Shown here one piece after another: positions 22,563 to 34,119 of a stretch of DNA of 64,000 nucleotides. Within the stretch, counting starts at the first letter, position 1, and each line of letters starts with the position of its first letter. Made by a program: the position numbers and the translations under genes. The DNA is taken from assembly GCF_024502345.1 (NCBI RefSeq), contig NZ_JALDNN010000003.1; one strand, given 5' to 3'. The notes beneath the pieces are model-generated. The model was not told where the DNA came from. It made no database searches and was given only the letters and a program-made list of their open reading frames with translations. This DNA comes from Escherichia coli (GTDB lineage: Bacteria > Pseudomonadota > Gammaproteobacteria > Enterobacterales > Enterobacteriaceae).

Positions 22563-23246
22563 GTTTTACTTTCCCGCACAATCAACAAGCTGGAGCCGGG
22601 TTCTTGCACATTCCCGCAGGAGTTCAATCATAAGCGTTGGCTGGACCAGGAATTCAATGACGGAATGGCCAAAATGTTTGGCATCTCCTCATGGGATGAC
22701 TTACTGGATGGCCCGAAAAAAGCCATTTTGCCGAGTTCTGCGGCCTGGTATGACCGCAAATTTAAAACCCCCTCAGGAAAGTTTGAGTTCAGATCTGAGC
22801 TGTGTGAGAAAAATGGCCATACGGCGCTGCCGGAATACAAACCGGAGGCGAAAAGCACGCTGCCATTCCACTTGTTTACACCGCATGTGCAGTTCGGTAT
22901 CCATTCCCAATTTATCAACCTTGACTGGATGCAGGTCTTCTATCCGGAGCCGTTTGTCTATATGCATCCGATTTCCGCAGAAAAAAGAGGCATTGCCGAA
23001 AACGACCTGGTGAAAGTGTTTAACACCGTAGGTGAAGTAGAACTGCGTGCGAAGGTGACCGCTAACGTTCCGGAAGATTTCCTGGTGATGTACGAGGCGT
23101 GGTTCCCGAAAAGGAAATACAACGTTCAAAACGTGGTGGCAGATACCCCAGCCGATATGGGGTTGATGAAAACCGGTGCGCCAGGTGCGGCTATCCACAG
23201 TCAGTTTGCGGACATCATTTTGATCAGTAAAGGAGCAGCGGCATGA
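22563..23246 (+). pseudogene. Molybdopterin oxidoreductase catalytic subunit (DmsA/PhsA-like), C-terminal fragment truncated by IS26
   Basis: Frame is open from the IS26 boundary to the stop at 23246; overlaps the Fe-S subunit start (ATGA). Confidence 0.55.
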
Positions 23247-23800
23247 GACGCGCGTTTTTAGTTAATAGCGATAAATGCATCGGCTGCCGTGGCTGTGCAA
23301 TGGCGTGTAAGAGTTTTAACCAGTTGGAACCTGAACGTTTCTGGCGCTATGTCTACCCGCTGGATAAAGAAATTTATCCGCATGAAGAGCGGGCGTTCTA
23401 TTCGCTGGCCTGTAACCACTGCGAAAACCCGGCCTGTCTGGCGGCGTGTCCGGTAGAGGCGTACACCAAGCGTGAAGATGGTGTCGTGGTGCATAACCCA
23501 GAGCGCTGTATTGGATGCAAAAACTGTATCCGCAACTGCCCATACGGTGCGCCGCGTTTTAATGAGGAGACGAAGAAAGCGGAAAAATGCAGCATGTGCT
23601 ACGAGCGCCTTGATGTTGGTATGCAACCGGCTTGCGTGAATGCCTGTCCGGTAGGTGCGCTGACGCTTATCGATCTGGATGCCGATCCTATACCTGACAA
23701 TGCCGTACAGTATCCGCCGGGATTCCCGCGTATGCCGCAGCTTAATCCTGGCACGCGTTTTATCCTTGCGCGTCAGCCGAAGCAGCCGGAGGGTAATTAA
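23243..23800 (+). CDS. 4Fe-4S ferredoxin-type electron-transfer subunit of an anaerobic molybdo-oxidoreductase
   Basis: Four Cys clusters (CIGCRGCAMAC, CNHCENPACLAACP, CIGCKNCIRNCP, CSMC...CVNACP). Confidence 0.8.
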   Translation: MRRAFLVNSDKCIGCRGCAMACKSFNQLEPERFWRYVYPLDKEIYPHEERAFYSLACNHCENPACLAACPVEAYTKREDGVVVHNPERCIGCKNCIRNCPYGAPRFNEETKKAEKCSMCYERLDVGMQPACVNACPVGALTLIDLDADPIPDNAVQYPPGFPRMPQLNPGTRFILARQPKQPEGN

Positions 23801-24567
23801 TGGAAAAGTATGAACTTCCGCTGGTCATTTTTACCGTATTGAGCCAGATGTCGGTTGGGATCACGCTCATTCTGACGCTACGCACGCTGCAAGGAAAACT
23901 GGAAAGCAAACGCCTGTACTGGCTGGTAAGTGGGCTGGTTCTGGCGGTGGCGTCCGTTGCAGCGATCCTGCACCTTGCGCATCCGGATCGCGCCTACGAT
24001 GCCCTGATTAACCTGCAGCACGCCTGGCTGAGCCGTGAAATTCTTGGCGCCACCTTATACGGTGCGGCGGTCGGGGTGACGTTTTTGGCAAAAGGGCACA
24101 AAGCGCCAGCTGTTCTGGCCTCTGTTCTCGGTATCGCGCTGGTGGCGGTGCAGGGGATGACCTATGCTGCCCCGGCAATGGTGGCGATCGCCAACGGTCT
24201 GACAATGCTGTTGTTCTTTATCACGGTGTGGGTGATGGGGTGTGCGGCGATTCCACTGCTTAACCTTGCACCTGCCGTTGCCGCATTACGCCAGGGGATT
24301 GTTGTGTGTATGGCGGTCATGATCGCCGCGCCCATTATCTGGCTAAGCGGCGGCACCATCATGCAGATGACGGCGCATGCCTGGCTGACGTCGCCGCTTT
24401 ATCTGGCGAGTCTGGTGTGTCTGGCGGTGGCCTTTGTGCTAAGCCGTCAGGGAGAGCGTCGCGCAAAAGCGCTTTTTGTCCTGCTGTTTGTTGGCATATT
24501 CCTGAGTCGTCTGACGTTCTTTGGCGATACGATCAGCACCATCGTGAATATCGGTCATTTGTATTGA
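23800..24567 (+). CDS. Integral-membrane anchor subunit (DmsC/NrfD-like)
   Basis: 255 aa, about 8 hydrophobic helices, start overlaps the upstream stop. Confidence 0.6.
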   Translation: MEKYELPLVIFTVLSQMSVGITLILTLRTLQGKLESKRLYWLVSGLVLAVASVAAILHLAHPDRAYDALINLQHAWLSREILGATLYGAAVGVTFLAKGHKAPAVLASVLGIALVAVQGMTYAAPAMVAIANGLTMLLFFITVWVMGCAAIPLLNLAPAVAALRQGIVVCMAVMIAAPIIWLSGGTIMQMTAHAWLTSPLYLASLVCLAVAFVLSRQGERRAKALFVLLFVGIFLSRLTFFGDTISTIVNIGHLY

Positions 24568-24584
24568 TCGTGAGGTAATAAAAA

Positions 24585-24612
24585 CCCCTGTCAGGCGTTA
24601 ACCTGACAGGGG
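24585..24612. terminator. Bidirectional rho-independent terminator between convergent genes
   Basis: CCCCTGTCAGG-cgttaa-CCTGACAGGGG flanked by AAAA upstream and TTTTC downstream. Confidence 0.65.
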
Positions 24613-24636
24613 TTTTCTTTAGCGAATCAGTGGCTG

Positions 24637-25065
24637 TTAACGAACAACCAGCACTGGCAAAGTCGCGTGGCGGACAACGCTGGAAGCGTTTGAGCCGAGC
24701 AGATGGGTGCTGATTGATGGGTTACGCGACCCAATGACAACGACATCTGCATTCAACTCTTCACCCAACTCGTTGACCACATCACGGACACTGCCAAAGC
24801 GGACGTGTTGCTTAATACGGGAAGGATCGATGCTGAAGTGACCGACCATCGTTTGCAGACGGGTTTCCGCTTCGTGTTGCAGATGCTCTTCAAAACGACG
24901 GACATCGGCCGCAAAGCGGTGCAGGCTTAAGCTCGCTGAGCCTGGCAGCACATGCAGCAGATGGATAACCCCTTTATCCTGGGCCAGAAATTCTGCATGG
25001 CGAATAGCCTTGTCGCTCAGTTCCATTTCGAATACATCAACAGGCATTATGATTGTGTTGTACAT
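24637..25065 (-). CDS. uspG: Universal stress protein (UspG/UspF type)
   Basis: AAGGAG RBS; [48 protein letters not shown]...; adjacency to rnk favours uspG. Confidence 0.75.
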   Translation of the reverse strand: MYNTIIMPVDVFEMELSDKAIRHAEFLAQDKGVIHLLHVLPGSASLSLHRFAADVRRFEEHLQHEAETRLQTMVGHFSIDPSRIKQHVRFGSVRDVVNELGEELNADVVVIGSRNPSISTHLLGSNASSVVRHATLPVLVVR

Positions 25066-25248
25066 AAACATTCTCCTTGTCATTACATGAACACATAACA
25101 GCATAGTATTAAAAATGATTCTGTCAGTCACGACACAGATTTATGTTTTGCGAACAGGAAAGAAAGCGAGGAGCAGGGAGATCTAACCGGAAAGAGGATG
25201 CAGATGCATCCTCTGTAAGATAAAGCGAGTGGCTTTGATAAGACAGAG

Positions 25249-25659
25249 TTAGCGCAGGTAGTCGCCTGCAGCTTCAGGCTGGTACTCAAGCTCAATAACT
25301 TCGAGGTGCGTTGAGGTCCCGCCTGGCAGTTCCCAGTGAATGGTATCACCAACGCGCAGCCCCAAAAGTGCAGCGCCGACAGGTGCCATTACCGAAAGCT
25401 GTGTGCTGCTGTCAGTCATAGTGGCCGGATACACCAGGGTACGCACACGGACTTCGCCATCACTCAGATTGCGGAATTTCACGCGGCTGTTCATGGTCAC
25501 GACATCGTGCGGCATGGTTTCTGGAGAACACATTTGGGCACGATCCAGCTCGGCGTTAAGGGCGTCGGCAATCGGTAAACCAGCAAACGCAGGTTGCTCC
25601 AACAGGCGGTCAATGCGTTCCGCATCGAGGTCGTTAATGATGATAGTTGGTCTGGACAT
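25249..25659 (-). CDS. rnk: Regulator of nucleoside diphosphate kinase (GreA/GreB-like)
   Basis: [79 protein letters not shown]... Confidence 0.9.
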   Translation of the reverse strand: MSRPTIIINDLDAERIDRLLEQPAFAGLPIADALNAELDRAQMCSPETMPHDVVTMNSRVKFRNLSDGEVRVRTLVYPATMTDSSTQLSVMAPVGAALLGLRVGDTIHWELPGGTSTHLEVIELEYQPEAAGDYLR

Positions 25660-25889
25660 TTATTACTCCATGTCGTCGATACTGCGGGTGCGCAGGTAAA
25701 TAATCCCAAAAGAAAACCCTCACCGTCAGGCGGCAAGGGTTTAGCTTTTATGATGATACTGAGACTTACCCCATGTTTGAAGTGATTTAGTTCACATTCA
25801 GGCAAATCATCAATATTGTCGCGTATGGTGTAATGTCAGTCAGTTAACGAACCTAAGGTAATAAATCTGTTGCCTCCGTCGCATTGCTA

Positions 25890-26070
25890 CGTTCACCTTA
25901 TGTTATTCACTTCTCTGAAACCATCCTACCTGTGAACGTGTTAAGGGTACTATCGCCGTACCCTTAACAATCCCGGCGGGAGCCTGGGTTGCAAGGGAGG
26001 CGGCGGTGAGCCTCCCTTGCTCGTTCACGGGTATCAGTGCTTCAGAGAAGTGATACCGCTGAGGTGAACG
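25890..26070. other. Highly structured intergenic element: three nested long-range helices enclosing two perfect hairpins
   Basis: Pairings 25890-25898/26062-26070, 25907-25919/26041-26053 (13 bp), 25932-25938/26022-26028; hairpins GTTAAGGGTAC...GTACCCTTAAC (25940-25968) and GCAAGGGAGG...CCTCCCTTGC (25991-26020); stems conserved while spacers differ. Confidence 0.4.
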
Positions 26071-26238
26071 GAACCCTGAGCCGGGATCACATGTTCCCTA
26101 TAATGCTTAACTGACAAGCATTACGCGTATGGTGTGATTTTAGCCGAAAAACGTGATCGTTCTCCAATTTGCATTATGCTTTTTAAGCGCTCGCTGCGGG
26201 CGCGTCAAACAACTCAGTGTTCCGCGACAGGAGATCTC

Positions 26239-27069
26239 ATGAGCCAGTACGACAAACTTACCTTGAAAGACGGCAGCTATTTGCATTTTAAAGATTGGGG
26301 AAGTGGACAGCCCATTGTCTTCAGTCATGGTTGGCCGCTGACGGCAGATGCGTTTGAGGATCAGATGTTATTCCTCGGGTCGAAAGGATTTCGTGTGATC
26401 GCCCATGACAGGCGTGGGCATGGGCGTTCGGCCCAACCCTGGGATGGTCACAATATGGAGCAGTATGCTGACGATCTGGCTGAACTTACCGCGCATCTCA
26501 ATCTTAAAGATGCCGTCCATGTCGGACACTCTACCGGCGGCGGGGAAGTGGCGCGGTATATTGGCCGCCATGGAACGCAGCGGGTCGCAAAAGCGGTGTT
26601 AATTGGCGCGGTGACGCCCATTATGATCAAGACTGACTTTAATCCAAATGGCGTGCCGAAAGAGGTATTCGATGGCATCCGTGAGGGGGTTGTGAACGAT
26701 CGCGCCGCCTTTTTCTATGAATTGACCGCTGCATTCTATGGCTACAACCGTCCTGGCGCAAAAGAGTCGAAAGCCGTCAGGGAAAGTTTTGTTGAACAGG
26801 GTTTACAAGGTTCCATCAAAGCGTTGTACGACTGTATCCACGCGTTTTCGGAAACAGATCTGCGTGAGGATCTCAAAAAGATGACCATCCCGACGCTGGT
26901 GATCCACGGTGATGACGATCAGATTGTCCCGTTTGAAACCTGCGGAAAGGTCGCGGCGGAAATACTGCCTGATTCGCAGTTGAAGGTATATGTCGGCGGC
27001 TCGCATGGCATTTGCACCACCCATAAACAACAGATCAACGGTGACCTGCTCAACTTTATTCAGTCGTAA
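26239..27069 (+). CDS. Alpha/beta-hydrolase (non-haem haloperoxidase/esterase type)
   Basis: GGAG RBS; nucleophile elbow GHSTGGG; 277 aa. Confidence 0.75.
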   Translation: MSQYDKLTLKDGSYLHFKDWGSGQPIVFSHGWPLTADAFEDQMLFLGSKGFRVIAHDRRGHGRSAQPWDGHNMEQYADDLAELTAHLNLKDAVHVGHSTGGGEVARYIGRHGTQRVAKAVLIGAVTPIMIKTDFNPNGVPKEVFDGIREGVVNDRAAFFYELTAAFYGYNRPGAKESKAVRESFVEQGLQGSIKALYDCIHAFSETDLREDLKKMTIPTLVIHGDDDQIVPFETCGKVAAEILPDSQLKVYVGGSHGICTTHKQQINGDLLNFIQS

Positions 27070-27165
27070 TCGTTGGCAGATTGTTCTACGCTGATCTTCT
27101 TTTTCCAGGGGGATGAGCGAAGCATAATTTGTGCTGCGCTGACGTTAACTTCAACAGGGAACGCT

Positions 27166-27789
27166 ATGTATTTCTATCAACCGTCACAGGGACACGGCTT
27201 ACCGCATGACCCGCTAAATGCCATCATTGGACCGCGCCCGATTGGTTGGATTGCGTCGCGTGACGGCAATGGTCGGCACAATCTGGCACCATACAGTTTC
27301 TTTAACTGTTTTAACTATCATCCGCCGATTATCGGTTTCGCCAGCAGCGGCTGGAAAGACAGCGTGCAGAATATTATTGAAACCGGTGAATTTGTCTGGA
27401 ACCTGACGACTCTTGAGCTGGCCACTGCGATGAACGAAACGTCAGCCAGCTTGCCGCACGGTGAGGACGAGTTTTTTGCCGCCGGGCTTAGCAAGGCAGA
27501 TAGCCGGATAGTCAACGTGCCGCGCGTGGCGCAAAGCCCGGTCAATTTTGAGTGTCGCTTATCGCAAAGCCTGCAACTAACTACCGCTGATGGCTCACCG
27601 GTTGATACCTGGCTGGTATTGGGGGAAGTGGTGGGCATCCACATCGATGAAACGCTCCTGGAGGACGGCATCTATCAGACGGCGAAAGCGAAGCCGGTAC
27701 TGCGCGCAGGTGGGCCAACGGCATATTATTCGATCAGTGAAACACACCGTTTTGATTTAGTTCGCCCGGACGCCCGAGCAAAACGCTAA
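27166..27789 (+). CDS. Flavin reductase-like domain protein
   Basis: 208 aa with ...IGWIASRDGNGRHNLAPYSFFNCFNYHPPIIGF... typical of flavin-reductase-like FMN-binding proteins. Confidence 0.65.
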   Translation: MYFYQPSQGHGLPHDPLNAIIGPRPIGWIASRDGNGRHNLAPYSFFNCFNYHPPIIGFASSGWKDSVQNIIETGEFVWNLTTLELATAMNETSASLPHGEDEFFAAGLSKADSRIVNVPRVAQSPVNFECRLSQSLQLTTADGSPVDTWLVLGEVVGIHIDETLLEDGIYQTAKAKPVLRAGGPTAYYSISETHRFDLVRPDARAKR

Positions 27790-27830
27790 GCTTACGGACC
27801 GACGCCAGCTTGCAGCGTCGGTCGCAAGTT

Positions 27831-28637
27831 TCAATATCCCACTTTGTCGATAATAAACTGTTTACCGCAGATACCTGGATGCGGTTGCGGTAAGAATGAC
27901 TGTGCAGATAACGTCTGGTTGATGTTGTCGGCTTTCAGGGATAACTGGATCTCAGTGAGATACGCCGGATTGCCGTGGCAGCTTAGCTTCACAGCTTTGA
28001 CGTTCTCTTTGCCCCAGCTTTTGGCAACTGCGGCGTCAAATGCGTTACGGCTGACAGTTTTGCCGTAGTTTTCCGCCAGGAATTTGCCCACCTCGCTGTT
28101 CTTAACCTCATTATTCAGCCGTACCATCGTGCCAAAGTACGCGTCGGGATCAAAACCGAAACACGCGCCATGTTTGGCATACTCGTAACGTTCCAGACAG
28201 GATCTCCCTCCAGCGCCGGGCATTACGGCGCTGAGTTTTGCTGCGCTTTCCAGCGACAGCCCGGTTTCGGGGGCCGCGCATTTACGGCTGGCACGTGCTT
28301 CAGGCAGGTTGGGAATAGGGCGAGTCGCGCAGCCAAAACGCATCCAGCGGCGGTTGTCGACTCCACGGGCGGCAATGGATTTAGGCAGGCTGGGCCATAA
28401 ACCGTGAACGGTCAGGAAATCCGCTTTGTCTGCGCTCTCTTTTTGTAAACGACATTCGTCAGGCTCCTGACGATTACGCTCGTGTTGGCTCTGACAAAAT
28501 CCGGTTTGCCAGGAGAGGGCCAGCACGTAGCTGTCAAAATCAGTGTATTGTTTTGCCTGAAGTTCATCGGCCTGAGCTGCAGAAACTGGCAGCAGAAGCG
28601 CTGCCAGTAATGAAGAATAACGCCATGTTGATGTCAT
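27831..28637 (-). CDS. rna: Ribonuclease I (RNase T2 family), periplasmic
   Basis: Signal peptide then ...YVLALSWQTGFCQSQ...FLTVHGLWP...RYEYAKHGACFG...; near-full-length match to RNase I. Confidence 0.9.
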   Translation of the reverse strand: MTSTWRYSSLLAALLLPVSAAQADELQAKQYTDFDSYVLALSWQTGFCQSQHERNRQEPDECRLQKESADKADFLTVHGLWPSLPKSIAARGVDNRRWMRFGCATRPIPNLPEARASRKCAAPETGLSLESAAKLSAVMPGAGGRSCLERYEYAKHGACFGFDPDAYFGTMVRLNNEVKNSEVGKFLAENYGKTVSRNAFDAAVAKSWGKENVKAVKLSCHGNPAYLTEIQLSLKADNINQTLSAQSFLPQPHPGICGKQFIIDKVGY

Positions 28638-28747
28638 GATGATTTCGGATACTTATATAAATTCTGAATATCATCTATTTAATCATAAAAAATGCCAGTC
28701 AGGTTTAGCTGACTGGCATCATTTTCATCAGGTGTGAACCGAAATGA

Positions 28748-30211
28748 TTAGCTCCACATCGCCAGAATCGGCCAGCCGACCAGCAGAAGCATAGAGATGT
28801 AGATAACGCCGAAGATAGCACCCAGACGCCAGTAGTCTTTGGACTTCACATAACCACAGCCGTAGATGATAACGCCAGGGCCTGTTGCATATGGAGTCAG
28901 ACAGCCCATGATACCGATGGACAGTACCAGCAGGATACACAGGTGTTCCATCGGCACGCCCGGGATACCTTTACCGACAGCCAGAATAACCGGCAGCATG
29001 GTGGCAGTGTGTGCAGAAAGGCTGGCAAACAGGTAGTGAGCAAAGTAGAACACCAGCACCAGCACGATTACGGTCGCGTTAGGCGAGAAGCCTTCCAGGT
29101 GCGTGCTCATGGTGTTGGCGAACCAGTCGATGAAGCCTGAACGGGTTAAACCATTCGCCATAACGACCAGCGTGGCGAGGTTAACCAGGGTGTTCCATGC
29201 GCTGTTATAGCGGGTAATGTCTTTCCACGGTACCACATGCAGCGCCAGCATCAGGGAGACAGCAAGCAAACCCACTGCGGTTGCATCAATCAGTTTACCA
29301 CCGAAGACCCACAGGCCCAGGCTGAGCAGAACCAGACCGATCAGCGTTATCTCTTTACGGGTCAATTTACCCATGCCTTTCAGTTCATCACCGGCCCATG
29401 CGGCAACTTCAGCACTGTGAGTGACCTCTGGTTTGTACAGAACGTATGACAACCACGGAGCAACGATCAGCAAAATAATACCAACCGGCAGGAAGCTGAG
29501 GAACCATTGCAGCCAGCTGATTTGAATACCGGCAATTTTGTTGACGAATTCCAGACCCAGTACGTTTGGCGCAGCGCCGGTCACGAACATAGAGGAGCTC
29601 AGGCTGGTACTGATTACCATCATCCACATCAGGTATCCGCCGATACGGCGCGCGGAAGGATCGTTCGGGAATGATTTAAACAGCGGCGGCAGGTTTTTGA
29701 TAACCGGGAATACGGTACCACCGGTACGCGCGGTGTTAGACGGTGTAAACGGCGCCAGCAGAATGTCGATGATAACAATCGCATAGCCCAGCGTCAGGGT
29801 GCGTTTACCCATGAATTTCACCAGGAACAGCGCGATACGACGACCCAGACCGGTGACTTCATAACCCAGTGCGAAGATAAACGCACCAAACACCAACCAC
29901 ACGGTGGTGCTGGAGAAGCCCGCCAGACCCCATTTCAGCGCTTGCTTACCCGCTTTAAATGCCGGGTCGGCCAGTTCTGAAGCATCAAACAGCAGATAGT
30001 TGCTGCCGATAACGCAGATCGTTACGGCGATAAAGCTGATCGCTGTTGCCGGAATTGGCTCCAGGATCATACCGACGATCATCGCCACAAACACGGCAAA
30101 GTAGTGCCAGGCCTGTGGAGGCATTCCATCAGGGACGGGGATAAGAAACATGACGCCCATTACGACCAATGGGGCCAGTAACTTCCATATTTTATCTTTT
30201 GCTAAAGACAT
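28748..30211 (-). CDS. citT: Citrate:succinate antiporter (DASS family)
   Basis: 487 aa polytopic membrane protein; follows citG in the conserved cit cluster order. Confidence 0.9.
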   Translation of the reverse strand: MSLAKDKIWKLLAPLVVMGVMFLIPVPDGMPPQAWHYFAVFVAMIVGMILEPIPATAISFIAVTICVIGSNYLLFDASELADPAFKAGKQALKWGLAGFSSTTVWLVFGAFIFALGYEVTGLGRRIALFLVKFMGKRTLTLGYAIVIIDILLAPFTPSNTARTGGTVFPVIKNLPPLFKSFPNDPSARRIGGYLMWMMVISTSLSSSMFVTGAAPNVLGLEFVNKIAGIQISWLQWFLSFLPVGIILLIVAPWLSYVLYKPEVTHSAEVAAWAGDELKGMGKLTRKEITLIGLVLLSLGLWVFGGKLIDATAVGLLAVSLMLALHVVPWKDITRYNSAWNTLVNLATLVVMANGLTRSGFIDWFANTMSTHLEGFSPNATVIVLVLVFYFAHYLFASLSAHTATMLPVILAVGKGIPGVPMEHLCILLVLSIGIMGCLTPYATGPGVIIYGCGYVKSKDYWRLGAIFGVIYISMLLLVGWPILAMWS

Positions 30212-30236
30212 GTGTGTGATTCTCCGGAAAGGATCT

Positions 30237-31142
30237 TTAATTGTGATAATGATGAACTTGTGAAATCTGAGCTAAGAACCAGGTGACGATCAGCAGATCG
30301 GCGCAGCCTCCGGGACTGAGGTTGCGTTCAATGCACTGTTGGTCGAACTGGTGTAGGTATTCGAGATCGGCAGGGGTACGAATCCCCCCTTGCTGCATCA
30401 GGGCAGTGGCCTGCTGCTGTAGCCAACGCAGACCTTCTGCGCCGCCACGTGAAGCCACGTTGGTGTCGCCGTTGATAGACATCAGCAGCAATAAAGTGTC
30501 GAGTAACGCCAGTTCAGGGTCGCGGCCCTGAGTCAGCAGTGCGCGGTAGTGCGGCAGGGCATGCTGGATGACTAGCGGGTATCCCGCTTCGGCTTCGCCC
30601 CGTGCGCCGGTTAATCCCAGTTGCTTATAAAGACGTTGGCCTGCCGTGAGTTGTTGATTGTTCTGGCGCAGTTCGCGCTCGGTCAGACCACGGCAAAATG
30701 TCGCTGCCGTAGAGCAAATGGTTTCAGCGGTAACAGTTAGTTGGAGCTGGTGCAGGCGGCCAATGGCGGCGCACAGCAGGCCCAGAGAAAAGATGCTTCC
30801 TTTATGAGTGTTCACCCCGGCGGTGGCGCGGAACATATCAGCTTCGCAGGCCATGCCCAGCGGGCGCAGTCCTTTCAATACATCCTCAGGCGACAGCTGT
30901 GCGCTAAACGCCCCATATTCAATAAAACGTGGCAGCCAGGCCTGAATAGCCTCGGCGCTGCGATGAAAATCTTCCAGCGCCATATCTTTATGCGCGCCGT
31001 TGTTAATACGATCTACCAGACCGGGTTTGGGTGACAGGTTGACTTCAGTCAGCATGGCGCGCCACGCGAGCGTTGCGTAAGCATCAGGCAGATCCAGAGG
31101 AAGGACTGCATTATTGGTTGATGTTGCGGGAATCGGCATCAT
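30237..31142 (-). CDS. citG: 2-(5''-triphosphoribosyl)-3'-dephospho-CoA synthase
   Basis: MMPIPATS...[35 protein letters not shown]...; start overlaps the citX 3' end. Confidence 0.85.
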   Translation of the reverse strand: MMPIPATSTNNAVLPLDLPDAYATLAWRAMLTEVNLSPKPGLVDRINNGAHKDMALEDFHRSAEAIQAWLPRFIEYGAFSAQLSPEDVLKGLRPLGMACEADMFRATAGVNTHKGSIFSLGLLCAAIGRLHQLQLTVTAETICSTAATFCRGLTERELRQNNQQLTAGQRLYKQLGLTGARGEAEAGYPLVIQHALPHYRALLTQGRDPELALLDTLLLLMSINGDTNVASRGGAEGLRWLQQQATALMQQGGIRTPADLEYLHQFDQQCIERNLSPGGCADLLIVTWFLAQISQVHHYHN

Positions 31143-31665
31143 GCAGCAGTGCCTCCATCTGAGTGAGTAAGTCGGAAAGTGCGTGGGTTTTACCCCGCGC
31201 ACAGTCGGCAGCACTTTGCTCGCACAGCAGACAGCGGCGGGCAGGGAGTGCGAAATGACGCCGGGACAGAATTTCCCCTTCAGGGGTCAGGACATCGATG
31301 TCCCATAGCCGTCCCAGCGGGTGTGAATGCTCAAGTTCAATCGTGGCGAGCTTGAGGTCGTGGGCCGGAGCCTCAATAGACAAAAGACCTTCTGGACCGC
31401 TGGCAGAAACCAGCGCTGTTTGCTCCCTGACAATCCAGGCTGATTGTTCCGCCAGCGCGAGCAAGGCGGTTACGCCGTGATTAAAGATGCGACGGGTTAA
31501 TGCGCTGTCTTTAATCGGACCCGGTGCGACTACGGTGAACGAGACCAGTGGCGCAGAGTGGCGTGTCAGCCAGTCCTGTTGCCTTGCTTGTCTCTTATCG
31601 CGGCTGGCGAGCAGCTCGGGAATCGAAACCGCGTGTTGGGTGGCGAGTTCAGGGAGCAGGTGCAT
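31111..31665 (-). CDS. citX: Apo-citrate lyase phosphoribosyl-dephospho-CoA transferase (holo-ACP synthase)
   Basis: 184 aa, position between citF and citG. Confidence 0.8.
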   Translation of the reverse strand: MHLLPELATQHAVSIPELLASRDKRQARQQDWLTRHSAPLVSFTVVAPGPIKDSALTRRIFNHGVTALLALAEQSAWIVREQTALVSASGPEGLLSIEAPAHDLKLATIELEHSHPLGRLWDIDVLTPEGEILSRRHFALPARRCLLCEQSAADCARGKTHALSDLLTQMEALLHDADSRNINQ

Positions 31666-31668
31666 GGC

Positions 31669-33201
31669 TTATTCCTTCACCTGATGCACAACGTCAATCA
31701 CTGAACCGTCGCGATAACGCACAACGGCAATCACGCGGTCAGTGAATTCGATAGCGCGTGGCTGACCGGTGAGTTGCTGTGTACGTTCGCGCAGCCATTC
31801 AATGGACACCACTTTCATACCGGCTTCTTTCAGTCGTTCTGCCAGTTCCGGACGTGCAGGGTTGACGGCGATACCATGGTCAGTGACCAGAATGTCAACG
31901 CTGGAGCCAGGGGTTACGCAGGTCAGCACGTTATCAACCAGCGTCGGGATGCGTCCGCGAACCAGCGGTGCGACGATGATGGAAAGCGCTGCGGCCACAG
32001 CCGTATCACAGTGTCCGCCGGATGCGCCTCGCAGTACGCCGTCAGAACCGGTCAGTACGTTCACATTGAAGTTGGTGTCTACTTCTAATGCGCTCAGTAC
32101 CACCACATCCAGACGGTCAACGGATGCGCCTTTTGAACCCCAGTTGGCATACTGGTTTGCACTGATTTCAATGTGGTTTGGGTTGCGGGCCAAGGACTCA
32201 GCCGCGTTACGGTCGAAGCTCTGCACGTCCAGCAGTTTGCGAATCAGGCCTTTTTCATGCAGATCCACGATGGTGGCGGTGATGCCGCCCAGCGCGAAGT
32301 CAGCACGGATATCGCGGCTGCGCATTTTGTCTTCCAGGAAACGCGTCACGGCCAGAGAAGCGCCGCCGGTGCCTGTCTGCAGTGAGAAGCCTTCATTGAA
32401 GTAGCCGGAGTTAGCAATGACCTCTGCCGCGCTACGGGCGATTAACAGTTCACGCGGGTTAGTGGTCATGCGGGTCGCATCAGCACCGATTTTGTCCGCA
32501 TCGCCGACCTGATCGATCTGCACGATCAGATCTACCTGATCCTGTGTAATGCTGGCCGGGTTATGTGGATAGGTCAGCAGTTGTTCAGTCAGCAGGACAA
32601 CCTGTTTCGCGTTTTCGGCATCTACGCGGGCATAGCCCAGTGAACCGCAGCATGCTTTACCGGTATAACCGTTGGCGTTACCAAACTGGTCGCAGGACGG
32701 TACGCCGAGAAACGCCACATCAATGCTGAGTTCGCCACTTTGTACCAAGTGTACACGTCCACCGTGGGAGTGAATCTGTACCGGTTCGGCCAGCAGGCCA
32801 CGGGAGATCTCTTCCGCCAGCGGGCCACGCAACCCGGAGGTATAAATACGGCTGACCACGCCCTGACGGATGTGCTCAACCAGCGGAGCATGGCAATCGC
32901 TCAGAGAGCTGGAGGCCAGCGTCAGATTTTTAAAGCCCATACTGGCGATGGCGTCCATCACCAGGTTAATCGTCAGATCGCCACCGCGAAAAGCGTGGTG
33001 GAAAGAGATGGTCATGCCATCCTGTAAACCTGAACGACGAATGGCGTCTTCCAGGTTAGCGCACAGCTTTTTGTCGCGCGGTTTTTGCGCCTGTAGTTCT
33101 ACTTTTGCGGTGCTCTGATAAGCGGAAAGCTCACTTTCTGCATGACGGCTCCAGGTCGCCACGCGATCCTGGCGTTGAGACTGTTCGATTTTCTGCGTCA
33201 T
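31669..33201 (-). CDS. citF: Citrate lyase alpha subunit (citrate CoA-transferase)
   Basis: 510 aa; conserved cluster position. Confidence 0.9.
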   Translation of the reverse strand: MTQKIEQSQRQDRVATWSRHAESELSAYQSTAKVELQAQKPRDKKLCANLEDAIRRSGLQDGMTISFHHAFRGGDLTINLVMDAIASMGFKNLTLASSSLSDCHAPLVEHIRQGVVSRIYTSGLRGPLAEEISRGLLAEPVQIHSHGGRVHLVQSGELSIDVAFLGVPSCDQFGNANGYTGKACCGSLGYARVDAENAKQVVLLTEQLLTYPHNPASITQDQVDLIVQIDQVGDADKIGADATRMTTNPRELLIARSAAEVIANSGYFNEGFSLQTGTGGASLAVTRFLEDKMRSRDIRADFALGGITATIVDLHEKGLIRKLLDVQSFDRNAAESLARNPNHIEISANQYANWGSKGASVDRLDVVVLSALEVDTNFNVNVLTGSDGVLRGASGGHCDTAVAAALSIIVAPLVRGRIPTLVDNVLTCVTPGSSVDILVTDHGIAVNPARPELAERLKEAGMKVVSIEWLRERTQQLTGQPRAIEFTDRVIAVVRYRDGSVIDVVHQVKE

Positions 33202-33210
33202 TTTTTTGCC

Positions 33211-34119
33211 TTATTCTTCGCGAATGCCGGAAAGTTCTGCACGGGAGATAACCAGAAGGGCGCGCTCGATAACCGGGCTGTCGACCATTTTGCCGTTCAG
33301 GGAAACCACTCCACGACCTTCGCGGGCAGCGGCTTCAGCGGCTTCTACGACCAAACGGGCGTGAGCCAGCTCTTTGCGCGTCGGGGCGTACAGGTTATGC
33401 AGGAGTTCGATCTGGCGCGGGTTGATGAGCGACTTGCCGTCAAAACCCAACTGCTTGATGTGTGCGGCTTCGTGCAGGAAACCTGCTTCGTTGTTGGCAT
33501 CGGAATACACGGTGTCGAACGCCTGAATACCGGCAGAACGTGCAGCCTGCAAAATAGAGCAGCGGGCAAACAGCAGTTCAGTACCCTCCGGCGAGCGTTC
33601 AGTGCGCAGGTTACGCACATAATCTTCAGCACCCAGAGCAATACCGATCAGGCGCTCGGAAGCGTGGGCAATTTCTACCGCACGGGTAATGCCTAACGGC
33701 GACTCAATGGCGGCTAACAGGCCGGTGCTGCCGGGTTCACGGCCACAGGCGTTCTCGATGCGCAGAATTTCACTTTCGATGTCGATGACATCCTGCGCGG
33801 TATCGGTCTTCGGTAAACGTACGATGTCAGCACCGCCGCGTACCACGGCTTCAAGGTCGTTGATGCCCCATTCGGAGTCGAGGGCGTTTACACGCACGAT
33901 AGTTTCAACGTCGTGATACAGCGGATGCTGCAGCGCGTGGTACACCATGCGGCGAGCGGTATCTTTTTCACGCAACGCGACGGAGTCTTCCAGGTCGAAC
34001 ATCAGTGCATCTGCCGGGTAGATGAACGAGTTGCTGACCATGGCGGCATTGGCACCCGGTACGAACAACATGCTGCGGCGAGTACGGGTTTTACGTTGTT
34101 GCAAAGATGCGGAAATCAC
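33211..34119 (-). CDS. citE: Citrate lyase beta subunit (citryl-CoA lyase)
   Basis: GTG start preceded by GGAGGA and overlapping the citD stop (GTGA); [30 protein letters not shown]... Confidence 0.9.
   Translation of the reverse strand: MISASLQQRKTRTRRSMLFVPGANAAMVSNSFIYPADALMFDLEDSVALREKDTARRMVYHALQHPLYHDVETIVRVNALDSEWGINDLEAVVRGGADIVRLPKTDTAQDVIDIESEILRIENACGREPGSTGLLAAIESPLGITRAVEIAHASERLIGIALGAEDYVRNLRTERSPEGTELLFARCSILQAARSAGIQAFDTVYSDANNEAGFLHEAAHIKQLGFDGKSLINPRQIELLHNLYAPTRKELAHARLVVEAAEAAAREGRGVVSLNGKMVDSPVIERALLVISRAELSGIREE

Noticed and set aside
22516-23013. 165-aa ORF beginning inside the IS26 right end
   Set aside because: Spans the IS26 boundary in a different frame from the truncated oxidoreductase reading frame, which is open from the boundary and leads into the Fe-S subunit gene.
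31769-32404. 211-aa plus-strand ORF
   Set aside because: Antisense to citF, which is full length and well supported.
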